Below, piece after piece: positions 53,687 through 63,680 of a stretch of 64,000 bases of DNA. Numbering within the stretch: the stretch's first letter is position 1; every line of letters begins with the position of its first letter. The stretch covers positions 533 to 64,532 of the forward strand of contig JAGVUR010000156.1 in the NCBI GenBank assembly GCA_019136135.1, given 5' to 3'. Below the pieces are notes generated by a model. It did not search any database. It had not been told where the DNA came from and saw only the letters and a list, made by a program, of their open reading frames with translations. The DNA is from Verrucomicrobiota bacterium. Lineage in GTDB: Bacteria; Verrucomicrobiota; Lentisphaeria; Oligosphaerales; Oligosphaeraceae. Position numbers and translations under genes: made by a program.

Positions 53687-54358
53687 TCAACGATGGCCGA
53701 AAATCGCAGACCCGATTCTGACGATAGTCGCGCCTTCGGCTATGGCAATGGGGAAATCCGCCGTCATGCCCATGGAGAGCTCCGGGAATTTCCGACCCAA
53801 GTTTTGTTCCAACTTGTCCCTCAGCTTCCTAAGACCGGCGAATATGGAGTGAAGTTCCGACTCTGTTGCGTCTGCTGGCGCCATGGTCATCAAGCCTTTG
53901 CAGATCGCTGGTCCTTGAAGTCCCGATTCAATGACCTGTTCCGCTTGGTCCGGAACCAATCCGATCTTGGAGGCTTCGCCTGAAATGTTGATTTCCAGCA
54001 GGACTTTGGGTGCGGCGCCTAGTTCGTCGGCAATCCTGTTGATACGTGCCAGAAGTTTCTCCGAGTCGACGGAGTGGATCCAGGCGGCGTTTTGGATTGC
54101 GTTCTTGACCTTGTTTTGTTGCAAATGTCCAATCAGGTGCCATTCGATGTCATCCGGCAGCAACGGTGTTTTTTCTTTTAGTTCCTGGACTTTGTTTTCG
54201 CCGAAGAGTCGTTGTCCTGCGTCATATGCTTCTTGAATGATTGACGGGGGGAAGGTTTTCGAGACTGCCAGCAGTCTTGTCTCGCCGGGATTTCTGCCTG
54301 CTTTTTGCAGTTCGGCGTCGATTCGTTCTCGAATGGCGTTTAGGTTAACGGAAATCAT
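53687..54358 (-). CDS. yggS: YggS-family pyridoxal-phosphate homeostasis protein
   Basis: LLAVSKTFP...FGENKVQE...WHLIGHLQQNK...MGMTADF...VRIGSAIFG. Confidence 0.9.
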   Translation of the reverse strand: MISVNLNAIRERIDAELQKAGRNPGETRLLAVSKTFPPSIIQEAYDAGQRLFGENKVQELKEKTPLLPDDIEWHLIGHLQQNKVKNAIQNAAWIHSVDSEKLLARINRIADELGAAPKVLLEINISGEASKIGLVPDQAEQVIESGLQGPAICKGLMTMAPADATESELHSIFAGLRKLRDKLEQNLGRKFPELSMGMTADFPIAIAEGATIVRIGSAIFGHR

Positions 54359-54513
54359 TTGCAGTTGCTTTGAGGTCAATGGAATTATGTACAAATCAAC
54401 TTATTAATATAATGCAATTTCCATTTCATTCTAGTTTCCTACGTCTTTCGCTTTTTCGTTGATACGGGGACACTGGGAAAGTCACAGTGTTGTTTCTGTG
54501 GCATGCCACTTAT

Positions 54514-54581
54514 GAATGCTGAATGCTGAATGCTGAATGCTGAATGCTGAATGCGGAATGCGGAATGCGGAATGCGGAATC
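54514..54581. repeat. biphasic heptanucleotide tandem repeat (GAATGCT)5(GAATGCG)4
   Basis: Read directly. It lies in the intergenic region between divergent yggS and the DUF721 gene. Confidence 0.95.
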
Positions 54582-55017
54582 ATAGGTTTCAGTCCCAAGA
54601 CCTCCAGGTTCCTAAAACCCAAGGTCAAGTCCCATGGTCCCAGTCCCATTTCCCAGTCCTATAAGTCACATGCGTCTTATTTGTCCCATTTGTCTCAGTC
54701 CCAAACCCTCCAATGTCGTATCCAGGGGGCATGTCACATCCCTTTTGAGTACGAAAGTGTGCAAAAATCAACTTTTAGTCGCAGCTTGGGGAACTTTGGG
54801 TTTGGAGTGGTTTTCTTATTGTCGTGGCGAATTCATATGAGAAATAGGTCTTGTATGTTGAATTGTAGAGTGTTGTGGCTATGAAAATATGACAATGTGG
54901 ATTATGTTATACTTTTTATTTTTCATGGCTTTTTGAAGAGTCGATTGCAAAAGAGTCTAGTTGATTCCGGCATAGAAGCGGGAGTTGAGGACGAATTGGA
55001 GTGAACGAGGTAGCTTG

Positions 55018-55473
55018 ATGTCTGGTGGAGACGGCAAGAAATCATTTGAAAAAACCTGGCTGAAACGCGAGCAAAGCGGAAATCGGCACGGGTTTTTCCG
55101 TCGACCGACGAGGCATGAGGCCGAGCGTGAACGGGTTCTTGCCGATTGGCTTGGCGAGGAACGCAGCAGCTCGGTGATGGCGGATTTGCGAGAAATGCAT
55201 ACGGATATGGAAGGGATGTTGCGCGAGATTCTATCCAAGGTCGAACCCAATGACGTGATATTGCTGACCCGCATCCGGGAGAATTGGGAGACGCTGGTTG
55301 GGGCTGATTGTGCGCGGATGAGCAGTGCGGAGCGTCTTCAGGACGGGGTTCTGAGCATCCGGTTGCATCACTCCACGTTGAGGTTTGTGTTTGAACGGGA
55401 ATTGCGGGGAAAATTGGAAGAGGCATTGGAGACGTTTACCTCCGGCGAGGTAAAGAAAATACGTTTTGTATAG
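55018..55473 (+). CDS. DUF721 (DciA-like) protein
   Basis: ...IRENWETLVGADCARMSSAERLQDGVLSIRLHHSTLRFVFERELRGKLEEAL... resembles the DUF721 core. Confidence 0.65.
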   Translation: MSGGDGKKSFEKTWLKREQSGNRHGFFRRPTRHEAERERVLADWLGEERSSSVMADLREMHTDMEGMLREILSKVEPNDVILLTRIRENWETLVGADCARMSSAERLQDGVLSIRLHHSTLRFVFERELRGKLEEALETFTSGEVKKIRFV

Positions 55474-55495
55474 AAAAAGAAACAAGGTTGGACGA

Positions 55496-57697
55496 ATGAA
55501 AAGTCGCTTTATGAAATCAGCCGCGGGCATGTTGTCCAGGCTGGCATTAGTTGTTATCGTTGCTTGTCATGTAGTCATTGGTGCCGAGGAGACGGTTCAG
55601 GAGATGCTGGATCGTCTCCCTGTCGTTTCGAAGCGTACTCAAAAGGATGCGATGTTGAATCGTCGCGTAGTGAGTTTGCTTTCGCTGCACCACTACAATG
55701 CGGGTCAAGTTGACGAGAAGCGTTCGAGCCAGTGGTTCAACGAGTACTTCAAGAGCCTTGACTACATGAAGAATTTGTTCCTCGCCAGCGACATCGAGGA
55801 CTTTCGGTCCTACGAATCCATATTGGGGAATGACGGGAACTACAAGGCGCGGCTGGATTTTGCGTTCAATGTGTATGAGCGCTTTTTGCAACGCCTTCGG
55901 GAATTCGCGGTTTTCTCGGTGAAATGCGTCGATGACGAGCACGACTTTACGCAGAAGGAATATCTTGATACGAACTACAAGGAAATGGCTTGGTGCACGA
56001 CTCGCCAGGAGCTTGAGGATCTTTGGCGTCGCCGTGTCAAGAATGCCATTTTGGTCGAGGAATTGGCTCAGGAAAAGACGGCGAAGGAGGCTGCGGAGAA
56101 GCCGGATGCCAAGGGCGAGGAGGATAAGGTTGAAGATGAGGGCGTCAAGGCGGCAGTCGTCTTGTCTCCGAAGGAACGGATGAAGCGTTCGTATGCTAGG
56201 AACTACAAGCGTCGTGCCGAGGTCGATTCGATCGAGGTGATGGAGATTTTCCTGAGTGCCCTGGCACGGACGTACGATCCGCATTCGGCATATATGGCTC
56301 CCGAGACCAAGGAGAATTTCGACATTGACATGAGTTTGTCGTTGCAAGGGATTGGGGCGACGTTGACGACGAAGGATTCATACGTGACGATCGTTTCGGT
56401 CGTTCCCGGTGGACCTGCCGAGCGCGATGGACGTCTAAAGGAAGGCGATCGGATCGTTGCTGTCGCCCAGGATGGCGAGGAGCCTGTTGATGTGGTTGAC
56501 ATGTCTTTGAACCGTGTTGTCCGTCAGATTCGCGGCAAGAAGGGGACCAAGGTTCATCTTACGATTTTGGCTGAAGGTTCGAACACGCCTCAGTTGATTA
56601 CGATTGTTCGTGACGAGGTCAAGTTGACGGAATCGGAAGCCCAGTCTGAAGTTCGTACATTGCCGATGGGGGATGGCAAAACGGCACGCGTCCTGGTTTT
56701 GTATCTTCCCAAGTTCTATGCGGATTTTGCCGCCCGGAACAAGGGTGACAAGAACTACAAGAGTTCCAGCAGAGATGTTCGGAACCTGCTGGAAAAAGGT
56801 GTCGGGGAAGGCGGCATTGACGGTGTGATCTTGGATTTTCGCGGGAATGGCGGCGGTAGCTTGGAAGATGCCGTGATGTTGGCAGGTTTGTTTTTCGAGG
56901 AGGGACCCGTAGTGCAAATTCGAAACCAAATGGGGAAGATTAGTCGCCTCGAGGACCCTGACAAGACGGTACAGTACGAAGGTCCGTTGATGGTCATGGT
57001 TGACAAATTCAGTGCATCTGCAAGCGAAATTGTGGCGGCTGCGTTGCAGGATACAGGTCGTGCATTGATTGTAGGCGACAAGATGACCCACGGCAAAGGC
57101 ACTGTCCAGAATGTTCTGGATTTGGATCGGCACTTTAGGAATTCAAGCAGAATTGTGAATTTGGCGGATATGGGCGGCAATGGATCCCTGAAGTTGACTG
57201 TCGCCAAGTTCTACCGGGTCAATGGCGAGTCGACTCAGGTCAAGGGTGTTTCTCCTGACATTGTGTTTCCTGCTTATACGGATCACATGGAGACCGAGGA
57301 AGGCGCGTTGCCATTCGCATTGCCATGGGATAAGATTGAGCCGGACAAGTACACTGAGTTCAATCAGGTTCGCCCTGCGATACCTGCATTGCGCGAGGCA
57401 TCTGCCGGTCGTCTTGAAAAGGCTTCAAATTTCAAGGAGTACGTGGAGAACATCGAGTTTTTCGGGAATCTTCGCAAGCGGAAGCAGCTACCCTTGAACA
57501 AGGCTGAACGCCAAGCATTTATTGATGAGGAGGAGACGGCGACGAAGATGCTCCAGAAGTTCCAGGCCCAGCGCAAGAATGCGCGGAAGCGGGGAACCTC
57601 TGAAAAGGTCGAGGAAATCAAGGATGCCTATGATCTGATCTTGGACGAGACGCTTCAAATTATGGGCGATCTCATTCAAGTATATGCGAATAAGTAG
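55496..57697 (+). CDS. tail-specific (C-terminal processing) protease, S41 family
   Basis: PDZ: GIGATLTTKDSYVTIVSVVPGGPAERDG.LKEGDRIVAV. Catalytic region: DFRGNGGGSLEDAV...SASASEIVAAALQD...GKGTVQ. Confidence 0.9.
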   Translation: MKSRFMKSAAGMLSRLALVVIVACHVVIGAEETVQEMLDRLPVVSKRTQKDAMLNRRVVSLLSLHHYNAGQVDEKRSSQWFNEYFKSLDYMKNLFLASDIEDFRSYESILGNDGNYKARLDFAFNVYERFLQRLREFAVFSVKCVDDEHDFTQKEYLDTNYKEMAWCTTRQELEDLWRRRVKNAILVEELAQEKTAKEAAEKPDAKGEEDKVEDEGVKAAVVLSPKERMKRSYARNYKRRAEVDSIEVMEIFLSALARTYDPHSAYMAPETKENFDIDMSLSLQGIGATLTTKDSYVTIVSVVPGGPAERDGRLKEGDRIVAVAQDGEEPVDVVDMSLNRVVRQIRGKKGTKVHLTILAEGSNTPQLITIVRDEVKLTESEAQSEVRTLPMGDGKTARVLVLYLPKFYADFAARNKGDKNYKSSSRDVRNLLEKGVGEGGIDGVILDFRGNGGGSLEDAVMLAGLFFEEGPVVQIRNQMGKISRLEDPDKTVQYEGPLMVMVDKFSASASEIVAAALQDTGRALIVGDKMTHGKGTVQNVLDLDRHFRNSSRIVNLADMGGNGSLKLTVAKFYRVNGESTQVKGVSPDIVFPAYTDHMETEEGALPFALPWDKIEPDKYTEFNQVRPAIPALREASAGRLEKASNFKEYVENIEFFGNLRKRKQLPLNKAERQAFIDEEETATKMLQKFQAQRKNARKRGTSEKVEEIKDAYDLILDETLQIMGDLIQVYANK

Positions 57698-57722
57698 TTG
57701 AACTTGCTTGGAGGCAAGCCCA

Positions 57723-59378
57723 ATGGCTCAGCAATTTGTGTTTCACATGCAGGGCATGTCGAAATTCTACGGGGACAAGTGCGTTCTCCAGAACTTCAAC
57801 CTGTCATTTTACTATGGGGCGAAGATCGGCATTGTCGGCGAAAATGGTTCTGGCAAATCCACGTTGTTGCGGATCATGGCTGGTTTGGACCGTGATATTC
57901 AGGGCGAGGCGGAGATCTTGAAGGGCTACCGCGCCTTGCTCGTGCCCCAGGAACCAAAGCTCAATACCGAGAAGACGGTCAGAGGAAACTTGGAGGAGGC
58001 AATGGCGCCGATTCAGGCGCTGATCGACAGGTACGATGAGGTGATGGAGCAAATGGGCGAGGAAATGACCGAGAAGGAGCAGGAAAAGCTCAACGACGAA
58101 TTCGATTTCCTGCAAAATGAAATCGATCGTCTTGATGGCTGGAATATCGACCATCAACTGGAAATCGCCAGTGCCGCCCTGGTTCTTCCGCCCGACGATG
58201 CGGATGTGACCAAGCTTTCTGGTGGCGAGAGAAGACGTGTCGCACTCTGCAAGGCGCTTTTGGAAAAGCCTGATTTGCTGTTGCTGGACGAACCGACCAA
58301 CCACTTGGACGCCGAAACGATCACGTGGCTGGAAAAGACGCTGAACGAGTACGAAGGAACAGTCATTATCGTGACCCACGACAGGTATTTCCTCGACAAG
58401 ATCACCAAGTGGATTTTGGAAATCGAAAATGGTCGCGGACTGCCGTTTGAAGGCAACTACTCCAGCTGGTTGGCGCAAAAGCAGGAATTGCTGCGCGTCC
58501 TGGAAAAGAAGGAAACGGCAAGGCAGCGGTTCCTTGCTCAGGAGCTGGAGTGGATCAACAGCACGCCGGAAGCGCGGCGCAAGAAGAGCCAGGCACGCGT
58601 GACGCGATACGAGGAACTTGCAAGCCAGAAGTTCGAGGTGAAGCAAGACGACGTGACGATTCAGATTCCGCCAGGACCGCGTCTTGGTGACCGTGTCCTG
58701 GAGGTGTCAAACCTGTGCAAGAGCTACGGGAACCGCAAGCTGATCGACCAGTGCAGCTTCTCATTGCCACGAGGAGGCGTGGTTGGCGTCATTGGTCCCA
58801 ACGGCGTTGGCAAGACGACATTGTTCAAGATGATCGTCGGCGAGGAGACGCCTGACAGTGGGTCATTGACCTTGGGCGAAACGGTTCAGCTGTCATACGT
58901 TGACCAGCATCGCGATGCGCTTGACGACTCGAAGACGGTGTACGAGGAGATTAGCGGCGGGAACGAGGAGCTTCAGCTTGGCGATCGCCGTATCAATTCC
59001 CGCGCCTACTTGTCGCGTTTCAACTTCCGGGGTTCCCAGCAGCAGAAGCTAGTAGGGAACCTGTCCGGGGGCGAACGGAATCGAGTCCATTTGGCGAAAC
59101 TGTTGCGCACAGGGGGGAATTTGCTGTTGCTTGACGAGCCGACCAACGACCTGGACGTCAACACGATGCGCGTCCTGGAAGAGGCCTTGTGCGCCTTCTC
59201 GGGTTGTGTCATGGTCATCAGCCACGATCGTTTCTTCTTGAATCGAATTTGCACCAACCTGTTGATATTCGAGGGGAATGGCAAGGTGAGCTGGTTCGAG
59301 GGCAACTACGAGACGTACGAGGAGCGAGTGCTCAAGAGCGACAGCGAGCATTTCCTGAATCGTCGCGTCATGGTTTGA
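57723..59378 (+). CDS. ettA: energy-dependent translational throttle protein EttA (ABC-F)
   Basis: MAQQFVFHMQGMSKFYGDK...GENGSGKSTLLRIMAGLD...LSGGERRRVALC...; the second ABC module has GPNGVGKTTLF and LSGGERNRVHL. Confidence 0.93.
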   Translation: MAQQFVFHMQGMSKFYGDKCVLQNFNLSFYYGAKIGIVGENGSGKSTLLRIMAGLDRDIQGEAEILKGYRALLVPQEPKLNTEKTVRGNLEEAMAPIQALIDRYDEVMEQMGEEMTEKEQEKLNDEFDFLQNEIDRLDGWNIDHQLEIASAALVLPPDDADVTKLSGGERRRVALCKALLEKPDLLLLDEPTNHLDAETITWLEKTLNEYEGTVIIVTHDRYFLDKITKWILEIENGRGLPFEGNYSSWLAQKQELLRVLEKKETARQRFLAQELEWINSTPEARRKKSQARVTRYEELASQKFEVKQDDVTIQIPPGPRLGDRVLEVSNLCKSYGNRKLIDQCSFSLPRGGVVGVIGPNGVGKTTLFKMIVGEETPDSGSLTLGETVQLSYVDQHRDALDDSKTVYEEISGGNEELQLGDRRINSRAYLSRFNFRGSQQQKLVGNLSGGERNRVHLAKLLRTGGNLLLLDEPTNDLDVNTMRVLEEALCAFSGCVMVISHDRFFLNRICTNLLIFEGNGKVSWFEGNYETYEERVLKSDSEHFLNRRVMV

Positions 59379-59393
59379 GTACCGATAAAACAG

Positions 59394-59424
59394 CGAGGGC
59401 ACCGACTCAACGAAGGTGCCCTCG
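59394..59424. terminator. hairpin between convergent ettA and the RND pump gene
   Basis: Perfect 10-bp stem CGAGGGCACC (59394-59403) / GGTGCCCTCG (59415-59424). There is no clear T-tract, so its terminator role is uncertain. Confidence 0.4.
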
Positions 59425-59447
59425 TGCATGATGGAATGTCTGCAACC

Positions 59448-62400
59448 TTATTTGGGAGATTTCTTTCTGGTGAAGAGGTTGGCGGTGAATTCGCCACAGT
59501 ACTGGAAAAGGGTGTAGAGCGCGGGGACGAACAGCATTCCGACGGCTGACGCGACGAGCATTCCCCAGAATGTCGTTGTACCGACTGCGCGCCTTGCAGC
59601 AGCTCCTGCGCCCGTTGCCGCGAGCAGCGGGAGGACTCCGAAGACGAAGGACAGGGCGGTCATCATCACCGAGCGGAAACGGACTCGCATTCCGGAAATC
59701 GCAGCTTCCTTGATCGATTTGCCTTCTTCGCGTTCCTGCTTTGAGAATTCGACCATCAGGATGGCGGATTTCGCCGTCAAGGCGATCAGCATCAGCAAGC
59801 CGAGCTGGCAGTAGATGTTCATGTCGCTTCGGGTCACGTATAGTGCCACCAATCCACCCAGGGAGGCGGTTCCCACGGTAAGGATCACCGAGATCGGAAG
59901 CGTCCAGCTCTCGTACTGCGCGACCAGGAACAGGTATCCCATCACCAGTGCCATTGCGAGGAAGTAGATGATTTTTCCTTCGTTGAGGCTTTCCTGATAT
60001 GACATATCCGTCCATGAGATCGAGTAGTCCTGTCCCAGTTCCTTTGACAGGTCGGAGACCAGATTCATCATTTGTCCCGATGAGAAGAATTGAACGGATT
60101 GGGTATTGATATTTGTTGCAGGGAACATATTGAAGCGTTCGACCTGCCTGGAACCCAGGGTCCATTTGATGGTTGCCACGGCGTCCAATGGGATTTGGTG
60201 TCCAGTAGTCGAAGGCACGTAGAGTTGCTTGATTGCGTTGATGTTCTCGCGGAATCTGGAATCCGCCTGGAGCTTGACTTGATAGGTTTTCGAGAATCTA
60301 TTGAAGTCGTTGACATAGTAGGAACCCAGATGCGTCTGGAGCGTGGTGAAGATTGCGGCGGGTGAGATGTTGAGCACTTTCGCCTTTGCTCGGTCGATGT
60401 CGATGTACATCATTGGCGTGTTTGCATCAAAGGACGTGAAAGCGTAGATTGCCTTTCCTGTTTCCATGATTTTCCCAATCAGCTTATTGGTTGTTTCTGA
60501 CAGGTCCTGGATCGTTTGTTCGCCGTGTGCCTGCAGGGCGAATGTGACGCCTCCTGATGCGCCCAATCCGTTGATAGGCGGTGGAACCAGCACCATGATG
60601 TTGGCGTCCGCCAGATCCGCGAGGCGCTTCTGCATTTCGGCCTGGATGGCGTGGATCGAGGTCTCGGGGGTTGTGCGAAGATCCCATGTTTTGAGTTCAA
60701 TGATAAGGAATCCGACGTTTTCGCCGCTTCCGGAGGTGAGTGACATTCCTGGGATGGAGAGGATTCTGTTGACTCCATCGATGTCCTTGACGCGCAGGCG
60801 TGCCTCTTCAAGGAGCGCCTCGGTACGCGGAAGCGCCGCGCCTGGAGGAAGCAGGCATTCGACGAAGAGCGCCCCCTTGTCCTCGGAGGGAAGGAAGGCT
60901 GATGGAATGCGCTTGTACAGGAAGTAGTTGGCCGCCAACATGCCGGCGAACAAAATCACGGTAATCGGCAAGATTCGAACCAAAATGCTGGAAGCCCTGA
61001 CAAATCCGTTCCTGGTCTTTGTGACCGACCACTCGAAAATCTTGAAAGGTCCCCAGGCTGGCTCGGTCTTGCGGAGAAGCATGGCGCACATGGCAGGAGA
61101 CAAGGTCAAGGCGACAATGGTCGAAATGACCAGTGCGACGCACATCGTCACCGCAAACTGCTTGTAGATGATGCCGACCATTCCGCCATAGAAGGCAATG
61201 GGGACGTATACCGCCAAGACGACCAGGGTGGACGCAATCAAGGCGCCGGAGATTTGCTCCATTGATTTGATGGCCGCATCGTAGGGGTTGAGACCCTCGT
61301 CGTCAATGATGCGCATCGTGTTTTCGGTCACGCAGATCGCGTTGTCAACGACGGAACCGATGACCAGGATCAACGCAAACATGGTCAATGTGTTGATGCT
61401 CATGTCAAAGATTTGCAGGAACAGAAACGTGCCGATGATGGAAACGGGGATGGTGACTGTTGGGATGAGCGTGGCTCTCCAGCTGGGCAGGAAGGCGTAG
61501 GTTATGGCGACGACGAGGATAAAAGTGATGACCAGCGTGACTGCAATTTCTTTCATGGAGACCTTGACGAATGTTGTGGAGTCGTATGGGACTGACCATT
61601 TCATTCCCTCCGGGAAATTGCCTTCGAGCTTTTCCATTTCTTTTTTGACAAGGTCCATGACTGTCAGGGCGTTTGCGTCATTGAGTTTAAACAGCCCGAT
61701 GATTGCGGACGGGAGTCCGTCAAACCTAGTAGTGCCGCCATATCTTTCGGCGCCCATCTCGACCCTGGCGATATCCCTTAGAAGGATTTGCTTGCCATCC
61801 TGGGTTGATCTGATGACGATTTTTCGGAAATCTTCCGGTGTTCTGAGCCGTCCTGTCGTATCGACCTTGAAAGACATCATTTGGTTGGCCGAGTCTGTTC
61901 CGACAGATCCTGTTGCGGCTTGTACGTTTTGTTCTTGGATGGCGGCGACGGTTTCTGGAATTGAGATGTTGAGCGCCTTCATTTTCTGTGGGTCGAGCCA
62001 AACTCTCATCGAGTACTCTTGTGCCGAGAAAACGAGGGCTTGTCCGATGCCTTGCACTCGCGTAAGTGCGTCCCTAAGGTTGATGGACGCGTAGTTTGTG
62101 ATATAAAGGAGGTCGTGTTCCGGGTTGTCGCTGTTGAGTGTGACGATTCCGAGCAAGTCCGATGAGCGCTTGAAGGCGAGGACGCCGCCGGCGACGACTT
62201 CGGGTGGGAGTCTCCTTTCCGCTCGTTTGATTGCGTTGTTGACATTGACCAGGGCCATGTCCTCGTCAATGCCGAAGTCAAAGGAAATACTCAGCATGTA
62301 GTTGCCGTTGTTGTCCGAGTTTGAGGAGAAGTATGCCAGTCCTTCGACGCCGTTGATTTCTGCTTCGATTGGCGCCGCGACTGTTTCCGCGATGACCTGT

Positions 62401-62564
62401 GCTGAAGCTCCCGGATAGAAAGTGATGACGACAATGCTCGGCGGTGTCACCTGAGGGTATTCTGCGACGGGGAGGTCGACGAAGCTGGCTATGCCGGCCA
62501 GCATGATGACAAGGGAGATGACAGTAGCAAGCCTGGGGCGTTTGATGAATATCGTTGAAAACAT
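59448..62564 (-). CDS. RND (HAE1/AcrB-type) efflux transporter permease
   Basis: MFSTIFIKRPRLATVISLVIMLAGI...; 12-TM/large-loop architecture; 1038 aa. Confidence 0.93.
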   Translation of the reverse strand: MFSTIFIKRPRLATVISLVIMLAGIASFVDLPVAEYPQVTPPSIVVITFYPGASAQVIAETVAAPIEAEINGVEGLAYFSSNSDNNGNYMLSISFDFGIDEDMALVNVNNAIKRAERRLPPEVVAGGVLAFKRSSDLLGIVTLNSDNPEHDLLYITNYASINLRDALTRVQGIGQALVFSAQEYSMRVWLDPQKMKALNISIPETVAAIQEQNVQAATGSVGTDSANQMMSFKVDTTGRLRTPEDFRKIVIRSTQDGKQILLRDIARVEMGAERYGGTTRFDGLPSAIIGLFKLNDANALTVMDLVKKEMEKLEGNFPEGMKWSVPYDSTTFVKVSMKEIAVTLVITFILVVAITYAFLPSWRATLIPTVTIPVSIIGTFLFLQIFDMSINTLTMFALILVIGSVVDNAICVTENTMRIIDDEGLNPYDAAIKSMEQISGALIASTLVVLAVYVPIAFYGGMVGIIYKQFAVTMCVALVISTIVALTLSPAMCAMLLRKTEPAWGPFKIFEWSVTKTRNGFVRASSILVRILPITVILFAGMLAANYFLYKRIPSAFLPSEDKGALFVECLLPPGAALPRTEALLEEARLRVKDIDGVNRILSIPGMSLTSGSGENVGFLIIELKTWDLRTTPETSIHAIQAEMQKRLADLADANIMVLVPPPINGLGASGGVTFALQAHGEQTIQDLSETTNKLIGKIMETGKAIYAFTSFDANTPMMYIDIDRAKAKVLNISPAAIFTTLQTHLGSYYVNDFNRFSKTYQVKLQADSRFRENINAIKQLYVPSTTGHQIPLDAVATIKWTLGSRQVERFNMFPATNINTQSVQFFSSGQMMNLVSDLSKELGQDYSISWTDMSYQESLNEGKIIYFLAMALVMGYLFLVAQYESWTLPISVILTVGTASLGGLVALYVTRSDMNIYCQLGLLMLIALTAKSAILMVEFSKQEREEGKSIKEAAISGMRVRFRSVMMTALSFVFGVLPLLAATGAGAAARRAVGTTTFWGMLVASAVGMLFVPALYTLFQYCGEFTANLFTRKKSPK

Positions 62565-62609
62565 GGTGATGTACCTATGGATATCAGGGTTGGATTCAAG
62601 GGTGAGGTG

Positions 62610-63680
62610 TTATTTGGCGAGCCGGACGGTGCCACCAGGCTGGGTCTTGTGACCGCCGCCTGTGATGACAAGCTCGTCGTCCTTCAAGCCGTCAAGGATG
62701 ATCTGGACATCCCCGACCTGATCGCCGGTCTTGACAATGCGTTTCTCAACCTTGTCCTCCTTCACAATGTAGATGTAGTGCTGATGGCCATCAGTCATCA
62801 AGGCGGATATCGGCAATGCCAGCTGTGGCTTGTCGTATTTTTTCTTGAAGACGATTTTGACGATGCCGCCAGGAAGCAATTCGTTCTTGGGATTCGGGCA
62901 GAGCATTTGGATCATGACTGTGTTGGTTTCCTGATCGACCTGATTGTCAAAGAAATCGATTTTGATGTCACCTGCCAGTGGTTTTCCGTCTGCATTGAGA
63001 ACGGTCATCGTGTGGTCGATGAGTTTTCCGTCCTCGAAGTTTTGGTAGAAGTCAGCTTCCGCCATTGAGAATCTGATTTTGATTGGATCGAATTGGACGA
63101 TTGTCGCCAGCTTACCGGAGGCCGGTCCGATTTCATTGCCGACCGAGATGATGTTCTCTCCGATTCTGCCTGTGATTGGCGATGTTATTTTAGTGTAGGA
63201 GAGGTTGTTTTCGCAGAGTTTTATGTTTGCCTTGACCTCGATGATTTTTGCTGCGAGGGTATCTTTTACCTTGACGTAATTTGAGAATTCTGAAGCCGAG
63301 ATGACCTTTTTGTCATAGAGCGTCTTGTTTCTGTTGAATTCGCTGATCGCATGATCGTATTCTGCCTGGACCTGCTTGAGTCCCGCCTGTGCGATTTCGA
63401 GGTTTGCCTTGTAGATCGTGTCTTCGATTTCGAAAAGCAAGTCGCCTTTCTTGACGATTGAACCTTCCTTGAAGGCTGCCTTCCAAAGAGTTCCATTGAT
63501 TTTTGCGGTGATATTGACGGTTTCGGCGGCCTTGACGGTGCCGATGTATGTTCGTTCTTCCGATTCTGTGACGGTCGTTGCGGTACGCGCCATGACGGTT
63601 GGTGCGGACATGCTTTGGGCAAGGGCTGATTGTGCACACAGCACGGCAAGGCAGAGGACAAGGGGCTTTTTGAGGTTCAT
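62610..63680 (-). CDS. RND efflux periplasmic adaptor (membrane fusion protein)
   Basis: Signal MNLKKPLVLCLAVLCAQSALA; LFEIEDTIYKANLEIAQAGL...; beta-barrel/lipoyl-like layout. Confidence 0.88.
   Translation of the reverse strand: MNLKKPLVLCLAVLCAQSALAQSMSAPTVMARTATTVTESEERTYIGTVKAAETVNITAKINGTLWKAAFKEGSIVKKGDLLFEIEDTIYKANLEIAQAGLKQVQAEYDHAISEFNRNKTLYDKKVISASEFSNYVKVKDTLAAKIIEVKANIKLCENNLSYTKITSPITGRIGENIISVGNEIGPASGKLATIVQFDPIKIRFSMAEADFYQNFEDGKLIDHTMTVLNADGKPLAGDIKIDFFDNQVDQETNTVMIQMLCPNPKNELLPGGIVKIVFKKKYDKPQLALPISALMTDGHQHYIYIVKEDKVEKRIVKTGDQVGDVQIILDGLKDDELVITGGGHKTQPGGTVRLAK

Noticed and set aside
54537-54884. 115-aa plus-strand ORF beginning inside the heptamer repeat
   Set aside because: Its start lies within the microsatellite and its translation is repeat-derived (MLNAECGMRNAECG...) followed by Ser/Pro/Gln-rich sequence. 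There is no RBS. It is more likely non-coding intergenic DNA.
54395-55017. Chromosomal replication origin
   Set aside because: Several features were suggestive: a 660-bp divergent intergenic region, a neighbouring DUF721/DciA-like gene, a local switch from minus- to plus-strand genes, an AT-rich patch near 54905-54930, and one 8/9 match to a DnaA box (TGTGGATTA, 54896-54904). However, there is only one decent box and no dnaA, dnaN or gyrB nearby. The window also has many other strand switches. I could not compute GC skew, so the evidence is insufficient.
59394-59424. The hairpin CGAGGGCACC/GGTGCCCTCG as another member of the REP family
   Set aside because: It shares only the GGGCACC/GGTGCCC core. 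The flanking GTAC arms and extended similarity are absent. I treated it as an ordinary terminator-like hairpin.
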